From positions 47,500 to 111,499 of the IMG/VR virus record IMGVR_UViG_3300028797_000007: a DNA stretch of 64,000 nt; one strand, written 5' to 3'. The notes beneath the pieces are model-generated. The model worked only from the letters and a program-made list of their open reading frames with translations. It had not been told where the DNA came from and did not search any database. Each line of letters opens with the position of its first letter. Position 1 is the stretch's first letter. The position numbers were made by a program, and so were the translations under genes. Shown here piece by piece: positions 55,626-64,000 of the stretch. Source of the DNA: a virus (Duplodnaviria; Caudoviricetes).

Positions 55626-56035
55626 TGACTCCAAATTTAAGGTTCAATAAAAAATTAACTCGTAAACTCATTAAAGCAATTCCTAAAAATGATTATAAGC
55701 CAACGTTATTAAATATTGAATGGAACATGGACCATGGAAATAATGTTTATGGGCTAATTGACGATTCAGGCTTATTTAACAATACTGTATTCTTCTTACA
55801 AAGAGTTGAACCAAATAGATATAGATTAGTTGTATCAGATGGTTCTCCAGTTTGTAGTTTTTATCTTATAGACGATATAGAAAAGTTCTTAGATATAATA
55901 GGAGTAGAAGTATTAGAATTAGATAATCCTGAAGAAATCCGTCAAGCATTAGAAGAAACAATTCTTATACCTAACACTGGTATTTTAATGATAGATGGAG
56001 AGGAAATATATTTATATGAGCACCGTAACTACTAG
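55625..56035 (+). CDS. Hypothetical protein
   Basis: 136 aa. Confidence 0.7.
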   Translation: MTPNLRFNKKLTRKLIKAIPKNDYKPTLLNIEWNMDHGNNVYGLIDDSGLFNNTVFFLQRVEPNRYRLVVSDGSPVCSFYLIDDIEKFLDIIGVEVLELDNPEEIRQALEETILIPNTGILMIDGEEIYLYEHRNY

Positions 56036-56294
56036 AGTGCCTAGAATTGGGGATATATGGTTAGTCCATTATCCCTACCTTACTCCAGGCAATATGGAAA
56101 AAATTAGACCCGGAATTATAATCGGTTTTAAGAATAATGATGAAGTAATAATTCAAAAACTTACTACTAAAAAAAAGAAATATAATAAAGAATTTGTACA
56201 TCCCAAATTAAAAAGAAAAACTTATCTTTCTCCAGAAAAAATGAGTATACAAGATTATAACCTAATTAGATATATAGGAAAGGCGAAAATATAG
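56016..56294 (+). CDS. PemK/MazF-like protein
   Basis: GDIWLVHYPY...KIRPGIII...LTT pattern. Confidence 0.6.
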   Translation: MSTVTTRVPRIGDIWLVHYPYLTPGNMEKIRPGIIIGFKNNDEVIIQKLTTKKKKYNKEFVHPKLKRKTYLSPEKMSIQDYNLIRYIGKAKI

Positions 56295-56306
56295 GAAGGT
56301 GAAATT

Positions 56307-58070
56307 ATGATTACAATAGAAACTAAAATCAAATTAAATGAATTAGAAAGTCTTAGTGGGATAAATGGGTTATATTTAATTAGATTAGCAACTAAAACAC
56401 CTATGACATCAGAAGTTGCTAAAGACGCAATTATTAATCACTTAATGAGTGAAGTAGAAATAAAATATCGTGATGTCAACAATACTAGTGTTTTTAGAAA
56501 AAATACTTATTTAGCAGATTTAGAAGTATTAAAAAAATCACTAATAGTATTTGATAAAATAGATAATTATAATGGAGATTATGGTACAATAGAATATCAC
56601 CAAATGATTTTAAAGATAAATGATGAAGATAAAGAAAGAGCAAAAACAAGAACTACTAACTTAAATAAGTTTACTTATAAATTTATGCAAGATATATATG
56701 GCATGTATGGAGAGAATTGGAAAATGCCAGCATGTCCTATGCCTTTTATATATACTATATCATATATCTTTCCTGACAGAGGAACTTGCGCTTTAATGAT
56801 ATGTAATAATAATGATGCATCCTTAAGCAAATTTATAAGTCAAGAGTATAAATCTAGTAAACATATAGCAATTAGTTTTGATACTAATGTAAATAAATGC
56901 TATAATAGAAGTTCTATTATTAAAATAAATTGTAGAATATATAATACTTTGCAAGAAGCATTTGATAATAAGACAAACGAAACATTAGGAATAGACCAAT
57001 ATGACGGTTTATTTGGAAGGTTCAGTTTCTTCACTTATAAAAATGACATGCACGGTGGTATAAGAATAAACATATTATATAAAAATAAACCAAAATTATT
57101 ATGGTATAAAGATATGGCAATATTTTATGACGGAGAAAAGGCATTAGGAGATGCACAAGAATATTTCGATACCTGGGAAAAAAGAGGAATAAAACAAATA
57201 GATATTCTTCAATTTTGTCATAATAAAGATTTCTTTTATCAAGATTCTGCAGGTACTATTAATCTAGCAAATAAAATGGTATTATTATTTTTAAGACAAG
57301 ATAAAATTGATTTACCAAGAACTGAAATTACTTTGCGTAATAATAGAGGTTTTAAAGGAATGGTTGTTTATAATCTTGGCAAGAATCAAAAGAGAACTTA
57401 TTTAGAAATAGGCTTTGGTAATAGAACTCCTAGTGTATCTCAATATTTTGGTTCAGTTGTTGTCCCAGTAAATGATAAAGATATACAAAAAGATGCCTTA
57501 AGAATGATAAGTGAAATGATAAAATTTGCTTTACCAACTGATATATTAGAAGAAAATATAGATTTTCCTAGTTGTTTTGAAGCTTATAGAAAATATTTAT
57601 TAGACATTGTAGAAAAATCTGCTCCAGATACTTTATCTGAATGGTTTGAATACTGTACTCGCGCATCTAGACAAAATGACAATAATATCGTTAGTGCATA
57701 TGAGAAAATGAAACAAAGTTTAGAAAGTGAATATAAAAAACTAAGTTTTTATCTAAATCACTACGATTTTTCTAAATGTATGCCAGTCCCTCGTATAACA
57801 ACTGATGAAAAACTAATACAAAATTGTTATAAATGTTTACACATAGAACCAAAAACTGTTATAATTAAATCAATAAATAATAGAAATATTAAAGCAATAG
57901 AAGAAATTCAACCAACAATAAGTTTTATGGTTATAGACAAAAAAGGAAAAATCCTTAAAAATGATTATTCTATTAATAAGTTTTATAATGGTAAGACGAA
58001 TGAAGTTGAATTGCTATATAATAAATTGAAAGGAGAGGTAATTCGTGATAAAGTTAAAAATAGGAGATAA
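56307..58070 (+). CDS. Large hypothetical protein upstream of the Ubl cassette
   Basis: 587 aa, overlaps the next gene. Confidence 0.75.
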   Translation: MITIETKIKLNELESLSGINGLYLIRLATKTPMTSEVAKDAIINHLMSEVEIKYRDVNNTSVFRKNTYLADLEVLKKSLIVFDKIDNYNGDYGTIEYHQMILKINDEDKERAKTRTTNLNKFTYKFMQDIYGMYGENWKMPACPMPFIYTISYIFPDRGTCALMICNNNDASLSKFISQEYKSSKHIAISFDTNVNKCYNRSSIIKINCRIYNTLQEAFDNKTNETLGIDQYDGLFGRFSFFTYKNDMHGGIRINILYKNKPKLLWYKDMAIFYDGEKALGDAQEYFDTWEKRGIKQIDILQFCHNKDFFYQDSAGTINLANKMVLLFLRQDKIDLPRTEITLRNNRGFKGMVVYNLGKNQKRTYLEIGFGNRTPSVSQYFGSVVVPVNDKDIQKDALRMISEMIKFALPTDILEENIDFPSCFEAYRKYLLDIVEKSAPDTLSEWFEYCTRASRQNDNNIVSAYEKMKQSLESEYKKLSFYLNHYDFSKCMPVPRITTDEKLIQNCYKCLHIEPKTVIIKSINNRNIKAIEEIQPTISFMVIDKKGKILKNDYSINKFYNGKTNEVELLYNKLKGEVIRDKVKNRR

Positions 58071-59346
58071 CTTTTTAATAACAACACATGAAGATTATAT
58101 GATGAAAGACTTCATCATTTATACTATGAGTTGTTTTAAAGGTCATAATAAACTTCTTTTAGGATTTGACCCAACTTTCCGTGAAGACAATTATTCGGAT
58201 TACCTTAAAACCCTAAGAGAAGAACAACCTAAAGAATTATTCATTTTAATAGATACATCATTAAGACCTACATATAATAAAGAGCAAATAAAAATTGTAC
58301 ACATGATAGGGTTAAAAACTCTTATACCTCAATTAAAAGAGATTTTACCTAATACAAAAATAGCGATAGTTAAAGTTCATAATAAAAAAGATAGTAGAGA
58401 ATATAAAATAGGCAAAGATGTATATGAAGCATTAGAAATAAATGACAAAAGTATATTAAAATATTTAGATAAATTAGATGAATATAAACTTTTTGCTAAT
58501 AGATATAAAGCAATCCCAGGAGAGCTTAAAGTTATTAACGAAAATATAAAACAATTATCTAAGGAAAAGAAAATAAGCGACAGAATGGTTACATTAGAAG
58601 ATTTAAAATATCTTAATTTAATAGATACGGCAGAGCTTCATAATGATAGTTTAATTATAACAATTAAACCTGTCCCTATTTATCCATCTGAGCCTTTAGG
58701 ATTAAGTTTTACAAAATCAAGCTTTGAAAAAAATAAGTATTTAGCTAAAGCGGCTGAATATATATATAAAGGTTGTCATTTTGGAATGGTAGGAACAAGA
58801 ATAGCTATTCGCCCAAACTTTACTCCTGAGTTTATTGAAACTCTTGACCATAAGTTTGATGATATGTTTGCTCGTAACAATTGGTCTAATATAGGATATT
58901 TACATTTCGGAAAAGGACATCTATGTGGTGGAGAATTCAATGATGTAATAGCTCATACTGCAGAGCATGGCCTTGAATATTATTTTATGTGCTTAAAGCA
59001 ATATATTACAACAGCAAATATGAGAGATTATGCAGGTAAAAAAGTATGGTGGTACCCTATATATGATAATAACAATAATTTAGTTTATTGTGCTGGTCTT
59101 GATATATTAAGAGATAATTTATTATCTCAATCATTGCCAGCTGAATATAAAGAGGAAATAAAAAGCTTGGATTGGGAAGGATTCTTAAAATGGAAAGAAA
59201 AACATGGAGTAAGTTTTAATAATTTACAAACTCCATACAATTCCGATAGCGTAAGCGGATATTCAGGAAGAGAAGATACATTCTTAGAGTATTGTAAAGA
59301 ACATAACCTTGAATTATATGAAGAATTAAAGAAAGGAGCTAAATAA
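58045..59346 (+). CDS. Putative prokaryotic E2-like protein
   Basis: YLHFGKGHLCGGEF...LKQYITTANMRDYAG resembles the E2 H-x(5)-C core. Adjacent to JAB, E1 and Ubl genes. Confidence 0.5.
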   Translation: MIKLKIGDNFLITTHEDYMMKDFIIYTMSCFKGHNKLLLGFDPTFREDNYSDYLKTLREEQPKELFILIDTSLRPTYNKEQIKIVHMIGLKTLIPQLKEILPNTKIAIVKVHNKKDSREYKIGKDVYEALEINDKSILKYLDKLDEYKLFANRYKAIPGELKVINENIKQLSKEKKISDRMVTLEDLKYLNLIDTAELHNDSLIITIKPVPIYPSEPLGLSFTKSSFEKNKYLAKAAEYIYKGCHFGMVGTRIAIRPNFTPEFIETLDHKFDDMFARNNWSNIGYLHFGKGHLCGGEFNDVIAHTAEHGLEYYFMCLKQYITTANMRDYAGKKVWWYPIYDNNNNLVYCAGLDILRDNLLSQSLPAEYKEEIKSLDWEGFLKWKEKHGVSFNNLQTPYNSDSVSGYSGREDTFLEYCKEHNLELYEELKKGAK

Positions 59347-59347
59347 A

Positions 59348-60064
59348 ATGGCTAAAACGGTTACATTTTTAGATAATAGATACGAACTTTATATTTTACC
59401 TTTAGCAAGACAAAAAATGGAAATGTATTGCGATTTATCAGAAGGAGAAATAGGATGGCTAGCTTATGTAGAACAATTTGATAAGAACGGCTTCTTAATA
59501 ACTGACTGTGCTTTATTAAAACAAGAAGTTCATGCAACAACAACTGAAATAACAGCGGAAGGACTATTAGAATTTTGGAATAATACAGCACCTGAACAAC
59601 AAGGTAAAATAAAATTATGGGGACATTCTCATGTAAATATGAGTCCTTCTCCATCTGGTCAAGATGATAGTCAAATGGAGTATTTTAAAGATGGTAATCC
59701 TTGGTTTATTAGACTTATCACAAATAAAAAAAGAGAGTATCATATTGATATATACGATTATGAACATGGCATTAAAGTTCATATGGACCAAGCCGATTTA
59801 AAAACTTATAATCCTGAAGCAAGTGAACTTCGTAAAACAATAGAAGAAGAAATAAAAGATAAGGTAAGTAAGAAAGAATATAAGCCTGCTACTACTTCTA
59901 CAAATACTGGTTCAGCTTATAAAGGTTATAATTATAATAGAGGCTCATCAAAAAAAAGCGAAAAAAAAGATGCGCCTATACTAAAAGACATCGACGTTAA
60001 GTATGTTAACTCATTCGACGAAGTATTAAATGACCCTAATTATTGGCAAAATATTTTAGATTAA
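59348..60064 (+). CDS. JAB/MPN+ metallopeptidase
   Basis: EIGW...WGHSHVNMSPSPSGQD (E-HxH-x7-S-x2-D). Confidence 0.85.
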   Translation: MAKTVTFLDNRYELYILPLARQKMEMYCDLSEGEIGWLAYVEQFDKNGFLITDCALLKQEVHATTTEITAEGLLEFWNNTAPEQQGKIKLWGHSHVNMSPSPSGQDDSQMEYFKDGNPWFIRLITNKKREYHIDIYDYEHGIKVHMDQADLKTYNPEASELRKTIEEEIKDKVSKKEYKPATTSTNTGSAYKGYNYNRGSSKKSEKKDAPILKDIDVKYVNSFDEVLNDPNYWQNILD

Positions 60065-60168
60065 TTTTTAAAAAAAACTTCACAAACGGTTATAAAATAT
60101 TATATAATATTATTGTAATATAAAAAAGATATTATATTATATTATATTTTAAGAAAGGGGAATATAAT

Positions 60169-60906
60169 ATGGACTTAAGTAGACACATAAGTGTGTTCTC
60201 ACCAGATAATGTTAAATATCCTATACATATAATAGGTGTAGGAGCAACAGGTTCGTTTGTTGCGATGGAATTGGCGAGAATGGGTTGTCCTGTATTAAAC
60301 TTATATGATTTTGATGATGTAGAAATACACAACATCCCAAATCAATATTATGATACAGAAGATTTAGGTAAATTAAAAGCTGAAGCATTAGCTGATAAAC
60401 TTAAAGCAATTAACCCTAATATTGTTGTAAATGTAAATACAACAGCTGTTCTACCAACACATGATGATGAACACAGAGGCATAGACGAAATGTCTGGGTA
60501 TGTATTCTTATTAGTTGACAGTATGAAAGTTCGTAAAGAACTTTGGACAGCAATTAAAGAAAATAAGAATATCGTTCATTGTTGGGAAAGCCGTTTAGGT
60601 TCAGACCAAGCAAGAGTTTATTCTCTTGATATGAGCGTAAAAGATTTTAGTAAGTATGAGGTAGACTTCTATGATGATGACAATGCAGAAGTATCAGCTT
60701 GCGGAACATCAATCACAGTATTACCAATAGTACTTCAAACAGCTTCTCTAATGATAGTTCAATTTATTGATTTAGTTATGGAGAAGAGTGGAACTTATTT
60801 CTTCAAAACAATCTTCGATAACCATTATAATAAATATGAAGAAAGTTTTGATGAACCAGAAGTATTAGAAGAAGTTCCAGTTGCAACTCAAGAAGATATA
60901 TTTTAA
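60169..60906 (+). CDS. ThiF/MoeB/E1-like adenylyltransferase
   Basis: IIGVGATGS, DFDDVEIHNIPNQ, GKLKAEA, LLVDS, SACG. Confidence 0.92.
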   Translation: MDLSRHISVFSPDNVKYPIHIIGVGATGSFVAMELARMGCPVLNLYDFDDVEIHNIPNQYYDTEDLGKLKAEALADKLKAINPNIVVNVNTTAVLPTHDDEHRGIDEMSGYVFLLVDSMKVRKELWTAIKENKNIVHCWESRLGSDQARVYSLDMSVKDFSKYEVDFYDDDNAEVSACGTSITVLPIVLQTASLMIVQFIDLVMEKSGTYFFKTIFDNHYNKYEESFDEPEVLEEVPVATQEDIF

Positions 60907-61027
60907 AAAATTGCAAAAACTTACAAAAAATACTTCACAAAATCTAATATAATTTGATATAATTATATTGTAAATGATTAAAGAATAAATCATTTAAAAT
61001 AAGTAAAGAAAGAGAGGAAATTTTCAT

Positions 61028-61249
61028 ATGGAAAACATTTATTCAGTAATAATCACAAAAGTACCAGGAGGAGCTAATCCAGTTATCAGTCACGGAACTG
61101 AAACAGTAGCTGAATTATTCGCAACTGCATTCAATGGAGAAAGCATCAACGGTTACCAAATCACAGTTGGAGGACAAGCAAGAGAAGCTTCTTATGTTCC
61201 TAGAGCTGGTGAAAATATCACTGTAGCAAAAATGATTAAAGGTAACTAA
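61028..61249 (+). CDS. Ubiquitin-like (beta-grasp) protein ending -KGN
   Basis: 73 aa, TVAELF...ITVGG...PRAGENITV..KMIKGN, own promoter, high-expression codons. Confidence 0.8.
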   Translation: MENIYSVIITKVPGGANPVISHGTETVAELFATAFNGESINGYQITVGGQAREASYVPRAGENITVAKMIKGN

Positions 61250-61732
61250 TCCTTTAATAACTCTTTAGATATATAAGTGGGGAGATTAAGTTCTCCCCCG
61301 GATATCCGAATATGAGTTACTATAAAACCTTGGAGCGACAGAACAATATTATAATTTAAAATCATATAGAACTGACTTCAAGGGATATAAGAAACAAAAT
61401 TAGCAGATTGAGGAGGATAGTTTGATGGCTTGAGTAAAGCCGTCGCTCCATTCTTTTAATATAGTATCGAAGGGTGTCAGTAATGACTACCCTTCTTTTT
61501 TGTATGAAGCTATCAAACCATTTTAGCAAAATAAACTAGCGTAAAACGATTAAAATCTTTTTATAATATAATTTATTTATTAAAATATAAAAAGCGATAT
61601 ACGCCACAAAAATTCGTTAAATTTTAAGAAAAAAAGCCTTTTTAAAAAATTAAAAAATTAAAAAAGTTTTCCATTTAGACTTCACAGAAGGTTTCAATAT
61701 ATGATATGATATGGAAAACAAGGAGGAAAATA

Positions 61733-61999
61733 ATGAAGATAGAAGACAAAGATACTCAATCAGTTAATTATGATAGCCATATGGCCGACATAAAAGACAT
61801 AGTAGCTGGGGTAAGCTCTCTAATAGACGAGCATCCTAAATTAAAAGATATGAACTTCGGTTTATTCTATCAACATGGACGTTTAGGTTTCGTAGATTTA
61901 GATGCGTTTGCAAATTCCACTAAAGCAAGATTAAATGTGGACGGCGAAGAAAAAAGTTTAACAGAATTAAAAAAAGATATTGACAAAAATGAAGAATAA
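61733..61999 (+). CDS. Hypothetical protein
   Basis: AGGAGG RBS. Confidence 0.65.
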   Translation: MKIEDKDTQSVNYDSHMADIKDIVAGVSSLIDEHPKLKDMNFGLFYQHGRLGFVDLDAFANSTKARLNVDGEEKSLTELKKDIDKNEE

Positions 62000-62036
62000 C
62001 GATATAATAGACTTGTCTTAAATTAAGGAGGAAAAT

Positions 62037-62909
62037 ATGGCAAAAGAAGATTTAAAACAAATGTTAAACAGAGTAACCATTCAAGGTACTCTAATGGACA
62101 ATTCCATTGAAAACAAAGTGGATAAGAAAGGTCGTAAATATTTATCAGGAGAATTAGAAGTAATGACTGATAACGATTATATTATCCCAATCTCTGTATT
62201 CGCTTATGAATTAAAGAACTCAGGCGAAAAGAATACAATCTATGAAAGATTAGCCAAAATGATAGACTATCCTTCAGCTAGAACTGTAGGTGTGCAAAAG
62301 GCCCCTAAGATAGCAGTAAGCAATGCTCGTATCGAAGATAACAGCTTCTATTCAGAAAAAGATAATAGAATTGTTAATAACTGGAGAATAGGTGGTTCAT
62401 TCGTTAGAGCTGCAGCAAGTGATGCTATTAATCAAAATAGTTTTGAAGTTCAAGGTGTAATCAGTTCAATTAAAGAAGTTATCGATAAAGAAGGTAACGA
62501 TACTGGAACTTATGACTTAAAATTATTAAATGTAGCATTTGGTAATAGAGTTAATGAATTAACATTAAGATTTGATGACCCAGCAGCAGTTAAATATATC
62601 AACGATAATTATAACACAGGTGATTTAGTAACATTATGTGGCGAAATCGTTTATGAACAACACGAAAGAGTTGTAGAAAAGGAATTAGGTTTTGGAGAAC
62701 CAATTAAACAAACTTATACTAATACAATTAGATTATTAAAAATCACAGCAGGTACTCCAGCAGTTGACCCAGAAGAAAGTGGTTATAGCCTAAAAGACTT
62801 ACAAGCAATTGTTACAACTCAAAATAATGAAATAACTGAAAAATATAATGCAAGAGCACAAGTAACAGCAGCTACAAATAAAGCAGCTGGAGCAAACTTA
62901 TTATTCTAG
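62037..62909 (+). CDS. Putative single-stranded DNA-binding protein (two OB-like halves)
   Basis: NRVTIQGTL...NSFEVQGVI, ends LF, next to the annealase. Confidence 0.65.
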   Translation: MAKEDLKQMLNRVTIQGTLMDNSIENKVDKKGRKYLSGELEVMTDNDYIIPISVFAYELKNSGEKNTIYERLAKMIDYPSARTVGVQKAPKIAVSNARIEDNSFYSEKDNRIVNNWRIGGSFVRAAASDAINQNSFEVQGVISSIKEVIDKEGNDTGTYDLKLLNVAFGNRVNELTLRFDDPAAVKYINDNYNTGDLVTLCGEIVYEQHERVVEKELGFGEPIKQTYTNTIRLLKITAGTPAVDPEESGYSLKDLQAIVTTQNNEITEKYNARAQVTAATNKAAGANLLF

Positions 62910-62919
62910 GAGGTAAATC

Positions 62920-63936
62920 GTGGCAAGATTAGATTTATTAACTGTCCAAGAACACAAAGTTAAGTCTGGTGTTCAAGGCAAAATGTTCTTCATCTATGGT
63001 GGAGCTAAAACAGGTAAAACTACTACAGCCTGCCAATTCGAAAAACCTTTACTTTTAGCATTCGAACCAGGGTATAATTTAATTGATGGCATTAAAGCCG
63101 TTCCAGTTACATCTTGGTTAGATATGAAAGATTATGTAAAGCAATTACGCAAAGATGAAGTAAGAGCAATATATGATACAATTATATTAGACACAGCCCC
63201 TCTAATGTGGGGTCTATGTGAAAAGTTTATTAAGGCACAAAAAGATATTGAAGACTTAACTGACCTTGGTTTCGGAAAAGGGTACAGAGCTGTACGTGAC
63301 GAATTCCAAGATGTTATCAATAGTTTAGGTCAAATGGGTTATACACTTATCTTTATTTCTCACGCAGAGAAGAAAGATTATGTAGACACATTAGGCGTAT
63401 CTCATAGTGGTATCACGCCAGCCTTAGATAAGCGTCCAAAAGAAATCATCTCAGGATTGGTTGACGTATTTATGTTCGTTTGCCAAGAAGCAGATGGTAA
63501 TGGTGGAAATCACCCAGTAGCATATTTCCGTGGTGGAGTATATGGAGACACTGAAATTGAAGCAGGTTCTCGTTATGGGGAAGGTTTACCAGTTAAAATT
63601 AACTTTAGCTATGATGAATTAGTTAAAGCAATTCAAAGTGCTGATGAAGCAATGGTATCATCTGGTGTCCAAATCTCAGCTGAAAATAAAACTATCTTAG
63701 AAGCTGAAAAGGACAAAGAACCTGAAAAGAAAAAATCTTTCTCAGCAGTCTATAAAGATGTTACAACAACTATCAATAAATTAAAAGAAAGAATTGTTGG
63801 TGGTGAAGAAGACTTAGCAGAAAAAATGACAAGTATTATTGAACAATACCTTGGAGCTGGTAAGAAAATCACTGAAGCAACTCCAGCACAACAAGATTTA
63901 GTTGAAGCAGCTTTAGCAGAACTTAAAGAATTATAA
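62920..63936 (+). CDS. AAA_24/Sak4-like ATPase
   Basis: YGGAKTGKTT, IILDT, IFISH motifs. Confidence 0.8.
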   Translation: MARLDLLTVQEHKVKSGVQGKMFFIYGGAKTGKTTTACQFEKPLLLAFEPGYNLIDGIKAVPVTSWLDMKDYVKQLRKDEVRAIYDTIILDTAPLMWGLCEKFIKAQKDIEDLTDLGFGKGYRAVRDEFQDVINSLGQMGYTLIFISHAEKKDYVDTLGVSHSGITPALDKRPKEIISGLVDVFMFVCQEADGNGGNHPVAYFRGGVYGDTEIEAGSRYGEGLPVKINFSYDELVKAIQSADEAMVSSGVQISAENKTILEAEKDKEPEKKKSFSAVYKDVTTTINKLKERIVGGEEDLAEKMTSIIEQYLGAGKKITEATPAQQDLVEAALAELKEL

Positions 63937-64000
63937 GATGGCGAATAAAAAGGTCATATGTAAGTATTGTGGTGAGGCATTCGACAGAGAGCGTGAAGAG

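Noticed and set aside
60169-61249. Ordinary ThiF/ThiS thiamine or MoeB/MoaD module
   Set aside because: No biosynthetic partners are in the window, the Ubl lacks a terminal GG, and JAB plus E2-like genes are adjacent. A sulfur-carrier role is less likely but not excluded.

Overview
64 kb slice of a large, low-GC tailed phage genome, probably infecting a Firmicutes/Bacilli-type host. 1-18.8 kb (minus) is the virion morphogenesis block, terminase to tape measure. Its genes are repeatedly interrupted by in-frame TGA codons that read best as Trp (code 4). 19-26 kb holds small early-type genes, tandem strong promoters, LexA-like boxes, GGAGCTG repeats and an AT-rich tract. 26-52 kb is an RNA-rich island with 26 tRNAs covering all 20 amino acids, a tmRNA split by a group I intron carrying an antisense LAGLIDADG gene, three free-standing HNH genes, ~600 nt and ~840 nt boxA-stalked structured RNAs, and several tRNA mimics. 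The standout element is a 96-nt tRNA-Trp with two complete anticodon arms in tandem, UCA (reads TGA) followed by CCA (reads TGG). 56-61 kb encodes an apparent complete ubiquitin-like conjugation cassette (E2-like, JAB, E1/ThiF, Ubl ending -KGN), followed by SSB and a Sak4-like ATPase. All calls were made by eye and no searches were run.
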